Assembly (NCBI RefSeq): GCF_009914755.1
Contig: NC_060930.1
Source: the human T2T-CHM13v2.0 reference genome, Homo sapiens
Length of the DNA stretch: 64,000 bases
Reading direction: 5' to 3' (one strand)
Shown: in pieces, positions 48,901 to 64,000 of the stretch
How positions within the stretch are numbered: the first letter of the stretch is position 1
Layout of the letters: each line of letters begins with the position of its first letter
Made by a program: the position numbers and the translations under genes
Notes under the pieces: model-generated
The model's database searches: none
What the model saw: only the letters and a program-made list of their open reading frames with translations
What the model was told of the DNA's origin: nothing

Positions 48901-50151
48901 TGAAGTTTGCTGTAGCAATTGACTCTTCCTTTCATAAAAGATTTCTCTGTAGCATGTGATGCTGTTTGATAGCATTTTATCCATAGTAGAACTTCTTTTA
49001 AAATTGGAATCAATCCTCTCAAGTCTTGCTGCTGTTTTATCAACTAAATTTATGTAATATTTTAAATCCTTTGTTGTCTTATCAACAATGTTCACAGCAT
49101 CTTCTCCAGTAGATTTCATGTCAAGAAATTACTTAACTTGCTCATCCATAGGAAGCAACTCTTTATTCAAGTTTTACCATGAGATTGTAGCAATTCAGTC
49201 ATGTCTTCAGGATCTTGTTCTGTTGCTATTTCTACCATATCTCCAGTTACTTTCTCCACTGAAGTCTTGAACCCTTCATTTATGAGAGTTAGAACTAATT
49301 TCTTCCAAATTCTGAGTAATGGTGATATTCTGACCTCCTTTCATGAATCACACATGCTGTTAAAGACATCTAGAATGGTGACTCCTTTATAGAAGATTTT
49401 TAATTTACTTTGCCCAGATTCATCAGAGGAAACAGATACAGCCTTACAAAATATATTTCTTAAATAGTAAGACTTGAAAGTTGAAATTACTCCTTGATCC
49501 ATGGTCAGTATAATGAATGTTGTGTTAGCAAGCATGGAAACAATGCTAATCTCTTTGTACGTCACCTTCAGAAGGCATGAGTGACCAGGTTCATTGTCAA
49601 TAAGCAGTTATATTTCAAAAGGAGTCTTTTTTTCCAAGTAGTGGGTGTCCACAGTGGGCTTAAAATATTCAGTAAGACATGCTATACACAAATGTCATCT
49701 GGGATTTGTTGTTCAATTTCTAGAGCATGGGCAGAGCAAATTCGCATAATTTTTAAGGGCTTTAGGATTTTCTGGATGGTAAATGAGGATTGACTTCAAC
49801 TTAAAGTCATCACCTGCATTAGTCCCTAATAAGAGAGTTAGCCTGTCAGTCCTCTGAAGCTTTGAAGCCAGGTACAAACTTCTCCTCTCCAGTTATGAAA
49901 GTTCTAGATGGTGTCTTCTTCCAATAGAAAGCTGTTTCATTTACACAAACAAAAATCTATTTCTTAGTATAGCTATTTTCATCAATGATTTTTAAATGGA
50001 TCTTCTGGATAATTTACTGCAGCTTCTAGATCATCACTTGCTGTTTCACTTTGCACTTTTGTGTTAGAAAGAGGGCATTTTTCTTCCATCCTCATGAGCC
50101 TAACTCTGCTATTTTCCCTGTGGTTTATTAAATTTTATGTTATTTGTAGGG

Positions 50152-51066
50152 TTTTTTTATTATTATACTTTAAGTTCTGGGATACATGTGCAGAGCGTGT
50201 AGGTGTGTTACATAGTTATACACATGCCATGGTGGTTTGCTGCACCCATCAACCCATCATCTACATTAGGCATTTGTCCTAATGCTCTACCTCCCCTAGC
50301 CCCCGACCCCTAGACAGGTCCCGGTATGTGATGTTCCCCTCCCTGTGTCCATGTATTCTCATTGTACAACTCCCACTTATGAGTGAGAACATGTGGTGTT
50401 TGGTTTTCTGTTCCTGTGTTAATTTGCTGAGAATGATGGCTTCCAGCTTCATCCATGTCCCTGCAAGGGACATGAACTCATTATCTTTTATGGCTGCATA
50501 GTATTCCATGGTGTATATGTGCCACATTTTCTTTATCCAGTCTATCATTGATGGGCATTTGGATTGGTTCAAAGTCTTTGCTATTGTGAATAGTGTTGCA
50601 ATAAACATATGTGTGCATGTGTCCTTACAGTAGAATGATTTATAATCCTTTGGGTTTATACCCAGTAATGGGATTGCTGGGTCAAATGGTATTTCTGGTT
50701 CTAGATCCTTGAGGAATCTTGACACTGTCTTCCACAATGGTTGAACTAGTTTACGGTCCCACCAACAGTGTAAAAGTGTTCCTATTTCTCCACATCCTCT
50801 CCAGCATCTGTTGTTTCCTGACTTTTTAATGATTGCCATTCTAACTGGCGTGAGATGGTTTCTCATTGTGGTTTTGACTTGCATTTCTCTAATTACCAGT
50901 AATGCTGAGCGTTTTTTCATATGTTTTTGGCCACTTCTTTTGAGAAGTGTCTGTTCATATTCTTTGCCCACTTTTTTATGGGGTTGTTTTTTTTTTCTTG
51001 TGAATTTGTTTAAGTTCCTTGTAGATTCTGGATAGTAGCCCTTTATCAGATGGATAGATTGCAAAA
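50152..51066 (-). mobile_element. 5'-truncated L1PA (PA7/8-like), ~0.9 kb
   Basis: ORF2 C-terminal peptide with [16 protein letters not shown] (ORF 50279-51064), 3' UTR and poly-T; TSD tctgctat at 50105-50112 and 51067-51074. Confidence 0.92.
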
Positions 51067-51363
51067 TCTGCTATCTTTAAATGTTACCTCCACAACAATC
51101 TCAGCTCTCTTAATCTTCATAGAATTGAAGGGACTTAGAGCCTTGCTTTGAATTTGGCATTGTTTTATGAGAGTGTTGTGGCTGATTTGATCTTTTATTC
51201 AAATGGTTAAAATTTTATCCAAATCAGAAATGAGGCCATTTTACTCTTGTATTCACTGAAGTAGTACTTTTAATTTTCTTCAAGATCATTTTTATTTGTA
51301 TTCACAACTTGGCTAATTGTCGTAGAGGCCTACCTTTTGGCCTTTGATTTAAAATGGGACCAG

Positions 51364-51690
<327 letters not shown>

Positions 51691-51855
51691 AAATGTGATA
51701 TGTACTACTCGTCCTTTCACTTGAACTCCTAGAAGCCATTGTAGGATTATGATTGGGTTAATTTCAATATTGCTGTGTCTCAGGGTATGTGGAAGCCCAA
51801 AAAGAGGGAGAACAATGGGGAAATGGTCAGTTGGTCAAACAGTCAGAACATAGAC

Positions 51856-52294
51856 TGACATAGTTTGGACATGTGTCCCTGCCCAAATCTCATGTTGAAT
51901 TCTAATTGTCAGTATTGGAGGTAGGGCCTGGTGGGAGGTGATTGGATCATGGGGGTAGATTTCTCATGAGTGCTTTAGTACCATGCCCTTGGTGCTATCC
52001 TTGTGATAGAGAGTGACTTCCTGCAAAATCTGGCTGTTTAAGCGTGTGTGGCACCTCACTTTCCCTCACTTGCTCCAAATTTTGCCACGTTTGCACAATC
52101 TCCCACTTCACCTTACACCACGAATAAAGGCTCCCTGGGGCCTTTCTGGAAGCCAAGTTATGTCAGTGCTATGCTTCTTGTACAGCCTGCAGAGCCAAGG
52201 GTCGATTAGACCTCTTTTTTTTTTTTTTTTTTTTTTTAATAAATTACCCAGTCTTAGGTATTTCTTTAGAGCAATACAAGAATGACCTAATACA
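51856..52294 (+). mobile_element. MSTA MaLR solo LTR
   Basis: 'tgacatagtttgga..cccaaatctcatgttgaat..gggcctggtgggaggtgattggatcatgggg..ataaattacccagtct..ctaataca'; internal poly-T expansion. Confidence 0.88.
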
Positions 52295-52912
52295 TACATA
52301 TTTACTAATTAATTTCACTGTCGAATATGATGCCCAGAACAATTGCAAAGGTAACATGAAAGATCAATGATCACAGATCACCATAATAACGATAATAATA
52401 ATGATAATCATAAGATTTGAAATACTGTGACATTACCAGACTGTGACAAAGAGATATGTAGTGAGCACATGCCATTGGAAAAAAATGATGCTGATAGACT
52501 TTCTTGATGCAGGGTTGCCACAAACTTGAATTTATTAAAAAATGCAATATCTGTAAAGTGCAGTAAAGCAGATCATAATAAAATAATTTATGTCTGTTTA
52601 TTCAAAATTAAGACCATATTAATGACATTTTGATACAGTTGTATTTTATACCTTCTTCAAAAAGAGAATTCCAAGGCATCTTCTCAGACATAGTGATAAA
52701 AGTTTACATAAACAATGTCTCATTCTAATATGCTATTGATATTATCATCTATCTTAACGCCATTACTTAGTCATGTGGAGAGTTTTGTCTCAGTATTGTG
52801 GTCAGACAAGTTGAAGTTCATTTTTTTTGGAACTAAGCCTATTTTTCTCACACCAGGCTAGTACTGATCAAAATGGAATTTCCCTCAGTGGGCATGTTAC
52901 TCCAAGGCTCGA

Positions 52913-53342
52913 TGTCTTAGTCCATTTTGTGATGCTATAAAGGAGTATCTGAGACTAGGTAATTATAAAGAAAATTATTTATTTGGCTTAGAATTGGGAT
53001 GACTGGAAAGTTCAATACTGAGCATCTGTATCTTGCGAGGACCTCCAGCTGCTTCCACTCATTGTAGCAGCAAAGATGAGTCAACATGTGCAGGCAGAGA
53101 TCACATGGTGAAAAGAGGAAGTGAGAGAGAGGAGATGCTGGACTCTTTAACAAACAGCTCTTGTGGACACTAATAGAATGAGAACTCACCCATGAAGGAG
53201 GGCATTAATCTCTTCATGAAGAATCTGTCCCCTTACCCCAAATACCACCCACTAGGCCCTATCTTCCAACACCACCACATTGGGGATTAAATTTCAGCAG
53301 GAGATTTCGCGGGAACAAACAAACCATACCCAAAGCATAGCA
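52913..53342 (-). mobile_element. MSTB1-like MaLR solo LTR
   Basis: tgtcttagtccattt...catagca termini; 'gagatcacatggtga', 'gggcattaatctcttcatga'. Confidence 0.85.
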
Positions 53343-53642
53343 CCTATGCTATGAAACTCACTAGACCCACCTATTTTCCCTTATGACCTCTTTCCTCATC
53401 CCACTGCTTGTAATGATTGTATTACACGATTAAGCCTTGATTACATCAGATTCCCCTCTTTTACTGGCTCTGCTAGTTTAGCATCTGAAACCATAGAGAA
53501 TTTTGTCTTTTTATAGTATTCCCAGTAGACCATACAATCTTGATAGAGGCACTTTGTCTAAATTGAGTTACAAATAATACAGAGTAGTCAAGGTGTTTTT
53601 AGAGATGAGAAGTAAATGGAAATCACTTTATTTTCTCAGTTT

Positions 53643-53804
53643 CTTTTTAAATGGGATTTCACAAAGGAGATCCAGGCTAAAGTGCAGTGGCTATTCACAG
53701 GTACGATCATGGCTTACTGAAGCCTCAAATCCCTGGGCTCAAGTTATCTTCCCTCCTCAGCCTCCTGAGTAGCTGGGACTACAGGGTGTACTACCATGCC
53801 TGAC
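53643..53804 (-). mobile_element. FAM (fossil Alu monomer)
   Basis: Monomer retaining the 7SL-derived 'gtggctattcacagg' segment absent from FRAM/Alu; loose TSD ttctcagtt/ttcccagtt. Confidence 0.8.
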
Positions 53805-53984
53805 ATTCCCAGTTATTCTTATGAAGCTTTGTAAAATTGTATTTTTTATTTTCTATTTTTCTTGTTATAAGCTATTTTTTTAAGAATAACATTTTGATCT
53901 AAACAAGGTATTATGTATATACAAATGAGTGTGTATTTGAATTTGACATATTGATGCAGTGATTGTGGACAACTTTTTTTTCTT

Positions 53985-55025
53985 TTTAGCACTAAATATT
54001 ATATTAATTTGGATGTACCATAGTTTATCCATTCACCCACTGAAGTACCTCTTGGTGGCTTTCAAATTTTGGCAATTATGAATAAAGCGGCTATAAATAC
54101 CCAAGTGCATGTTAGTGTGGGATGTAAGTTTTCAAATCATTTGTGTAAATACCAAGAAGCACAACTACTGGATTGTATGGTAAGAGTGTGTTTAGTTTGC
54201 TAAGCAATTGTTAAACTATCTACTAAAGTGGCTGTACTATACTATGCTGTGTTCCATCAACAATTTAAAGAGACTTCCCGTTGCTCCACATCCTAGTCAG
54301 GATTTGGTGTTGTCAGTGATCTGGATCTTAGCCATTCTAATCTGTGTGTAGTGGAAACTTGTTTTAATTTTTAATTCTCAAATGATGTATGATATTGAAT
54401 ATCTTTTCACATGCTTATTTGTGATCCATATATCATCCTTGGTAAGCTGTTTGTTTAGGTATTTTACTCATTTTTTAAATTGGGTTGTTCATTTTCTTAT
54501 TATTAAGTTTTAAAAGTTCTTTATATATTTTGGCTGACAGTTGTTTATCAGATATGTCTGTCACAAATGTTTTCTGCCAGTTTGTGGTTTTTTTATCATT
54601 CTCTTGACAGAGTTTTTCACAGAGCATAAATTTTTAATTTCAACAAAGTCCTATTTATCATTTATTTTTTCCATAGATTATGCCTTTATAGTCCCTAAAA
54701 CATCATCATCAAGGTGACCTAGATTTTCTGTGTTATCTTATAGAAGTTTTATAGCCTTATCTTTTACATTTTGGTCTATGATTCATTTTAAGTTAATGAA
54801 TTTAAATTAATTAAATTCATTAATTTCTGTGAAAGGTGTAAGGTCTGTAACTAGATTCCTATTTTTTTGCCTGTATATGTTCAACTGTTCCAGCACCATT
54901 TATTGAAAAGACTATCCATTTCCCATTGAATTGCCTTTACTCTTTTGTAAAGTATTAGTTAACTGTATATGGGTCATTTTAAGACTCTCTTATGTTCTCC
55001 ATTTCTCTACTTGTCTCTTCTTTTC
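53985..55025 (-). mobile_element. L1MC-like 3' ORF2 fragment
   Basis: 'ggatgtaccatagtttatccattcaccc', 'ttttggcaattatgaataaagc', 'ttccagcaccatttattgaaaagact'. Confidence 0.8.
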
Positions 55026-56387
55026 CCATCAAATCTTATTCTATTTTCTAAAAGATTATTTCTCTAAAGTATCATTTTTGTTATTAATTTCCAGAATAGT
55101 AATATCCTCACCTCAGCACAATTATGAAATGTATTTAATGTGCGCATTTTGAAATTCTCCATTCAGAACTTAAAAATTTAGTAATTAAACAACAAAGAAT
55201 TTTATTCTAAACATTTTTTATTTCAGACATTCAAGAATTAAGAATTGTGTTATTTGCAATAATTCTGTTTTGATAATATTATTTTGGATTGCTTTCTATA
55301 TGATTAATATCATTAGTGTCTAAACGTATACACTTATACTATAAAGTTAATAGGCTTTTAAAAATTTGCTTGCTTCTTTTGAACCCTAGATTTAAGATTC
55401 TTCAATTAAGACATGAACAACATATATCATACATGATGTATTAGTTCTAAAGTTCATTAATTTAACTTCTACTTTGTAAAATAATAACATTTAACTTAAT
55501 GTCTTCACTGCTATGTGTTTAGTTCCTGTATTATCCAATCTTAATGGGGCAATGACACATAGATCTCATGTTTCTGTATTTCCTTAATGTTTAATACCTT
55601 AATCAGGTCACTTGTGCTTTTTCTGATCTAAATAATTATACTTCCCAAATTTGTGCTAGAATCTGTGTGGTTAAAGCAGATAAATCACTCTGATAGCATT
55701 ACACAATCAAAATTTGGGAAAGGTTATTTAAGAGAAAAATAAAAATGTGTAACCTGAAACTTACTAAATATTTTCCTAAGAAGAACACAAAAATGTGTAG
55801 CAAACATTGAAGACACATTTATTGTAAATTCCACATGGGACCTATATTTTCTTTCTTTAGTGAGAAAGCATTGCTAATCAGTCCCAACACTGTGTTTTGA
55901 ACAAAGACTACTCCTGTCTGGGACCCTAATATGCCTAGGCTATGACCAATAATATATTTAAAACTAAAATCCTACTAGGAAGTCTTCGGTCCCACTGGGA
56001 GCATTGTTAACATTGTTCAAATATACTTCTATTAAGAAAAGCATGGAAATGGAACAATTATAATCAGCAATTATATATGTATATAAGTATGTATTGCCTT
56101 CTTCCACAGAAAATTTTAGAGAGTTGAATTCATAATTCATTAACCTAATATTTATCGAGCACTGACTTTGCATGCAAAACACTGTTCTAGGTGGTTGAAA
56201 ATGTCAATTTAAAAATAGACAAAAATATGTTTATTTCTTGACCTTAAATTATAGCAGAAGAATAAAGATTCTCTGTATATCGTAAATTATATGGTAGGAT
56301 GTTAGAAAGTGACTAGTAATGTGGAAATGAGAAAAAAATGGAGGTGAAAAAGAATAAGGGCTTAGGAGGAAGACAAGCGACAATTTA

Positions 56388-56738
<351 letters not shown>

Positions 56739-56962
56739 TTAAGAAGTATGCCATGCACATTTTAGGATCAGCATGTAAGCCAGCATGGCTGGAGCTGTAT
56801 AAGCAGGGAGAAGAACAGTAAGAGATAAAGTCAGAGAGGTAATGAGAATGGGAGGCTAATCCATTGTGTCAGGCCTTTTAGACCACAATAAAGGCTTTGG
56901 AATTTGCTCATTGAAATGGCATGCCATTTGGATAGTTTTGAGTGAAAGATTTAAATTATGAC

Positions 56963-57274
56963 TTTTGTTGTTGTTGTTGTTTGTTTTGTTTGTTTTTTGT
57001 TTTTTTGTTGAGACGGTCTCACTCTGTTGCCCAGGCTAACTGCAAGCTCCGCCTCCCGGGTTCATGCCATTCTCCTGCCTCAGCCTCTGGTATAGCTGGG
57101 ACTACAGGGGTCCGCCACCACGCCCGGCTATTTTTTTTTTCTTTTTTTGTATTTATAGTAGAGACGGGGTTTCATCGTGTTAGCTAGGATGGTCTCGATC
57201 TCCTGACATAGTGATCCACCTGCCTCGGCCTCCCAAAGTGCTGGGATTACAGGTGTGAGCCACTGCGCCTGGCC
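56963..57274 (-). mobile_element. AluY with ~24-bp internal deletion
   Basis: Y-diagnostic 'gcaagctccgcc', 'gccattctcc', 'cgtgttag'; TSD taaattatg at 56952-56960 and 57275-57283. Confidence 0.9.
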
Positions 57275-57749
57275 TAAATTATGTTTTTTAAAGGTTCGAT
57301 CTCATTTTGTGTTGTAAATGGAGGTAACGAGGTAAGGTAGAAGAAGAAAAACTAGTTTAGAGTTGGTTTCATTAATGAAGGCAAAAGATGATGGTGCAGA
57401 ATCAATCATAGATACATGAAGAAGTTGTTAAACTCTGGATATGCCTCTAAGGTATATTTAACATAGTTTCTGGTGGACTGGAACTGGGGTATGAGAGAGA
57501 GAAGCATCTAGTACAATCTGATTTTTGTTCTACAGAAAGACACTAATTTTATCTTCCAATCCTATTCACTATGTACACATCCTTGAAAAGATAGTCCAAA
57601 AGAAAGGGTCATCAGTGCCTTTCTCGGAGGATGTACAGAAATGGAAGACTCATGGAGAATTGTCTCCCATGAATTAATTTTTCTCTTATATGATTTTTAT
57701 CTATTTGGCAATACAATACAGCCAAACAATTGCTTAAGTCGGAAACATA

Positions 57750-58062
57750 GGAGTAATTTTAAGCCCTTCATTATGTTGGGAATACTGCAATAACAATAAC
57801 AAAAAAATGCTTCCTTTTTGCTGTATCTAGCCATGAAATATTCTGGGAACTATGTCAGGAACTTAAGTAAAGCTACCCTTAGAATGAAGCCAGGTCTAGG
57901 GAAAACAGGATTGGTACATTAAAGTAACTGGGCTGGATGACAGTGTTTAGCAGCTTTTTTGATCCTTTTCTTAAGCCAAACCAATTTCTAAAGTTTTTAG
58001 TTACTTAAACTAATATGTTTCTACATCTTTTTTGGGTATGAGTTGGATTTGCAGGCACTTAC
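57750..58062 (+). mobile_element. Old MLT1 (J/K/L-like) LTR fragment
   Basis: 'agaatgaagcca', 'ggatgacagtgtttagcagct', 'ttttagttact', 'gagttggattt..cacttaca'. Confidence 0.4.
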
Positions 58063-58644
58063 AGGTGAAACTCTGCCCATTCTTCAAACTTCAACTTGAA
58101 ATTTTTTCTGAAATATTTGCCTAAGCATTGTGATTTTATTTTATCCTATATTTATTGTTTTTATCATACAACAACTTGGACCTACTTGCCTTCCAATTTT
58201 CTAAAAATTTGAAATTTGTTATTTTAGATTGCTTTTCTACTTTCCATAAATTCCATAAGTTCATCATAATCTATTCAACTGTTTTTGCTTTGCTTGTTTT
58301 GTAGGAAATGTATCTCTTCTCTGGGATGATATACCTGAGGTTAATACTGATAATAACATTCAGTAATCATAACTATGCTTTTTCCAATAATACTAATGTT
58401 TAAAAATTAAATCTGTAATATGTCTGGTTACAGAGGAACCTTATTTGGTGTATATAGTCTGGGAAAGTGTACATCACATTTCAATCTACTAAAGAGATTT
58501 CTGAGAAAAAGGAAGTAGTGAAGGAAGAGCTTCTGCATTTTCTTTAAGAATGGAAAAGCCAAATTGTAATTTTAAGTCTTGAAAACTGTTAAAAATGATA
58601 GTTTAATTTATGGCTCTACATGTAAGCTATTGCTCTTCTTAACA

Positions 58645-58705
58645 CATATTAACTCATTTAATCCTTAGCATACAATATGAGTTAGGCATGGTTGTTATCA
58701 TCGAG
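58645..58705 (-). mobile_element. MIR fragment, apparent target of the L1PA insertion
   Basis: 'attaactcatttaatcct..caatatgagttaggca..ttatcatc'. Confidence 0.5.
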
Positions 58706-58730
58706 ATACTAAGACGCAAAGAGAAATTCT

Positions 58731-59764
58731 GGGAGGAGCCAAGATGGCCGAATAGGAACAGCTCCGGTCTACAGCTCCCAGCGTGAGTGACGCAGAAGAT
58801 AGGTGCTTTCTGCATTTCCATCTGAGGTACTGGATTCATCTCACTAGGGAGTGCCAGAGAGTGGGTGCAGGACAGTGGGTGCCACGCACCTTGCGCCAGC
58901 TGAAACAGGGCGAGGCATTGCCTCACTCAGGAAACACAAGGTGTCAGGGAGTTCCCTTTCCTGGTCAAGGAAAGGGGTGACAGACGGCACCTGGAAAATA
59001 GGGTCACTCCCACCCGAATACTGCGCTTTTCCGACAGGCTTAGCAAACGGCGCACTAGGAGATTATATCCCGCACCTGGCTCAGAGGGTCCTATGCCCAT
59101 GGAGTCTCGCTGATTGCTAGCACAGCAGTCTGAGATCAAACTACAAGGTGGCAGTGAGGCTGGGGGAGGGGCGCCCGCCATTGCCCAGGCTTGCTTAGGT
59201 AAACAAAGCAGCCAGGAAGCTCCAACTGGGTGGAGCCCACCACAGCTCAAGGAGGCCTGCCTGCCTCTGTAGGCTCCACCTCTGGGGGCAGGGCACAGAC
59301 AAACAAAAAGACAGCAGTAACCTCTGCAGACTTAAATGTCCCTGTCTGACAGCTTTGAAGAGAGCAGTGGTTCTCCCAGCACGCAGCTGGAGATCTGAGA
59401 ATGGGCAGACTGCCTCCTCAAGTGGGTCCCTGACCCCTGACCCCCGAGCAGCCTAACTGGGAGGCACCCCCCAGCAGGGGCAGACTAACAACTCACACAG
59501 CCGGGTACTCCTCTGAGACAAAACTTCCAGAGGAACGATCAGACAGCAGCATTCACGGATGACGAAAATCCGTGGTTCTGCAGACACTGCTGCAGATACC
59601 CAGGCAAACAGAGTCTGGAGTGGACCTCTAGCAAACTCCAACAGACCTGCAGCTGAGGGTCCTGTCTGTTAGAAGGAAAACTAACAAACAGAAAGGACAT
59701 CCACAACAAAAACCCATCTGTACATCATCATCATCAAAGACCAAAAGTAGATAAAACCACAAAG
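58731..59764 (+). promoter_or_regulatory. L1 5' UTR internal sense and antisense promoter
   Basis: YY1 site caagatggccg (~58740-58750), SOX-type aacaaa motifs (~59202, ~59302), many retained CpGs. Confidence 0.85.
58927..59181 (-). CDS. ORF0: L1 antisense ORF0 (84 aa)
   Basis: ATG at 59181 giving MAGAPPPASLPPCSLISDCCASNQRDS..., matching primate L1 ORF0; open to the stop at 58927. Confidence 0.75.
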   Translation of the reverse strand: MAGAPPPASLPPCSLISDCCASNQRDSMGIGPSEPGAGYNLLVRRLLSLSEKRSIRVGVTLFSRCRLSPLSLTRKGNSLTPCVS

Positions 59765-60778
59765 ATGGGGAAAAAACTGAGTAGAAAAACTGGAAACTCT
59801 AAAAAGCAGAGCGCCACTCCTCCTCCAAAGGAACGCAGTTCCTCACCAGCAAAGGAACAAAGCTGGACGGAGAATGACTTTGATGAGTTGAGAGAAGGCT
59901 TCAGACGATCAAACTACTTCGAGCTACAGGAGGAAACTCAAACCAAAGGCAAAGAAGTTGAAAACTTTGAAAAAAATTTAGACGAATGTATAACTAGACT
60001 AACCAATACAGAGAAGTGCTTAAAGGAGCTGATGGAGCTGAAAGCCAAGGCTCGAGAACTACGTGAAGAATGCAAAAGCCTCAGGAGCCAATGCGATCAA
60101 CTGGAAGAAAGGGTATCAGTGACGGAAGATGAAATGAATGAAATGAAGCAAGAAGGGAAGTGTAGAGAAAAAAGAATAAAAAGAAACGAACAAAGCCTCC
60201 AAGAAATATGGGACTATGTGAAAAGACCAAATCTACGTCTCATTGGTGTACCTGAAAGTGACGGGGAGAATGGAACCAAGTTGGAAAACACTCTGCAGGA
60301 TATTATCCAGGAGAACTTCCCCAATCTAGCAAGGCAGGCTAACATTCAGATTCAGGAAATACAGAGAACGCCACAAAGATACTCCTCGAGAAGAACAACT
60401 CCAAGACACATAATTGTCAGATTCACCAAAGTTGAAATGAAGGAAAAAATGTTAAGGGCAGCCAGAGAGAAAGGTCGGGTTACCCTCAAAGGGAAGCCCA
60501 TCAGACTAACAGTGGATCTCTCAGCAGAAACTCTACAAGCCAGAAGAGAGTGGGGGCCAATATTCAACATTCTTAAAGAAAAGAATTTTCAACCCAGAAT
60601 TTCATATCCAGCCAAACTAAGCTTCATAAGTGAAGGAGAAATAAAATACTTTACAGACAAACAAATACTGAGAGATTTTGTCACCACCAGGCCTGCCATA
60701 AAAGAGCTCCTGAAGGAAGCACTAAACATGGAAAGGAACAACCGGTACCAGCTGCTGCAAAATCATGCCAAATTGTAA
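59765..60778 (+). CDS. ORF1: LINE-1 ORF1p RNA-binding/chaperone protein, intact 337 aa
   Basis: MGKK..., coiled coil, RRM; REKG, ARR and YPAKLS motifs retained; no internal stop. Confidence 0.92.
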   Translation: MGKKLSRKTGNSKKQSATPPPKERSSSPAKEQSWTENDFDELREGFRRSNYFELQEETQTKGKEVENFEKNLDECITRLTNTEKCLKELMELKAKARELREECKSLRSQCDQLEERVSVTEDEMNEMKQEGKCREKRIKRNEQSLQEIWDYVKRPNLRLIGVPESDGENGTKLENTLQDIIQENFPNLARQANIQIQEIQRTPQRYSSRRTTPRHIIVRFTKVEMKEKMLRAAREKGRVTLKGKPIRLTVDLSAETLQARREWGPIFNILKEKNFQPRISYPAKLSFISEGEIKYFTDKQILRDFVTTRPAIKELLKEALNMERNNRYQLLQNHAKL

Positions 60779-60841
60779 AGACCATGGAGACTAGGAAGAA
60801 ACTGCACCAACTAATGAGCAAAATAACCAGCTAACATCATA

Positions 60842-64000
<3,159 letters not shown>

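Noticed and set aside
50279-51064. 261-aa ORF
   Set aside because: Frameshifted C-terminus of L1 ORF2 running into the 3' UTR of a promoterless truncated copy

Overview
AT-rich primate (human-like) genomic DNA with no recognisable cellular protein-coding exon, tRNA, rRNA or CRISPR array. It reads as a gene desert or the interior of a very large intron and is dominated by transposable elements. The main elements are: (1) a young L1PA3/4-type LINE-1 from 58731 to the window end, with an intact 337-aa ORF1, an open antisense ORF0, the retained ~129-bp ZNF93-site segment and a disabled ORF2; (2) a full-length degenerate L1PB at ~36.2-44.2 kb; (3) a TSD-flanked 5'-truncated L1MA; (4) an L1PA13-like copy with three internal deletions; (5) an ancient L1M scaffold at ~20.8-31.3 kb carrying nested L1, MaLR, THE1 and Alu insertions; (6) a complete THE1 provirus; (7) a Tigger1 with three nested insertions; (8) a Tigger3b inside an MLT2 LTR. 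Alu/FAM, MIR, L2 and microsatellites are scattered throughout. Subfamily labels come from remembered consensus features, not from an alignment. I found no convincing new biological system. The most notable unexplained structure is a recurrent set of small palindromic or locally templated insertions (repair-scar-like), plus a short candidate L1 3' transduction and the multiply-deleted L1.
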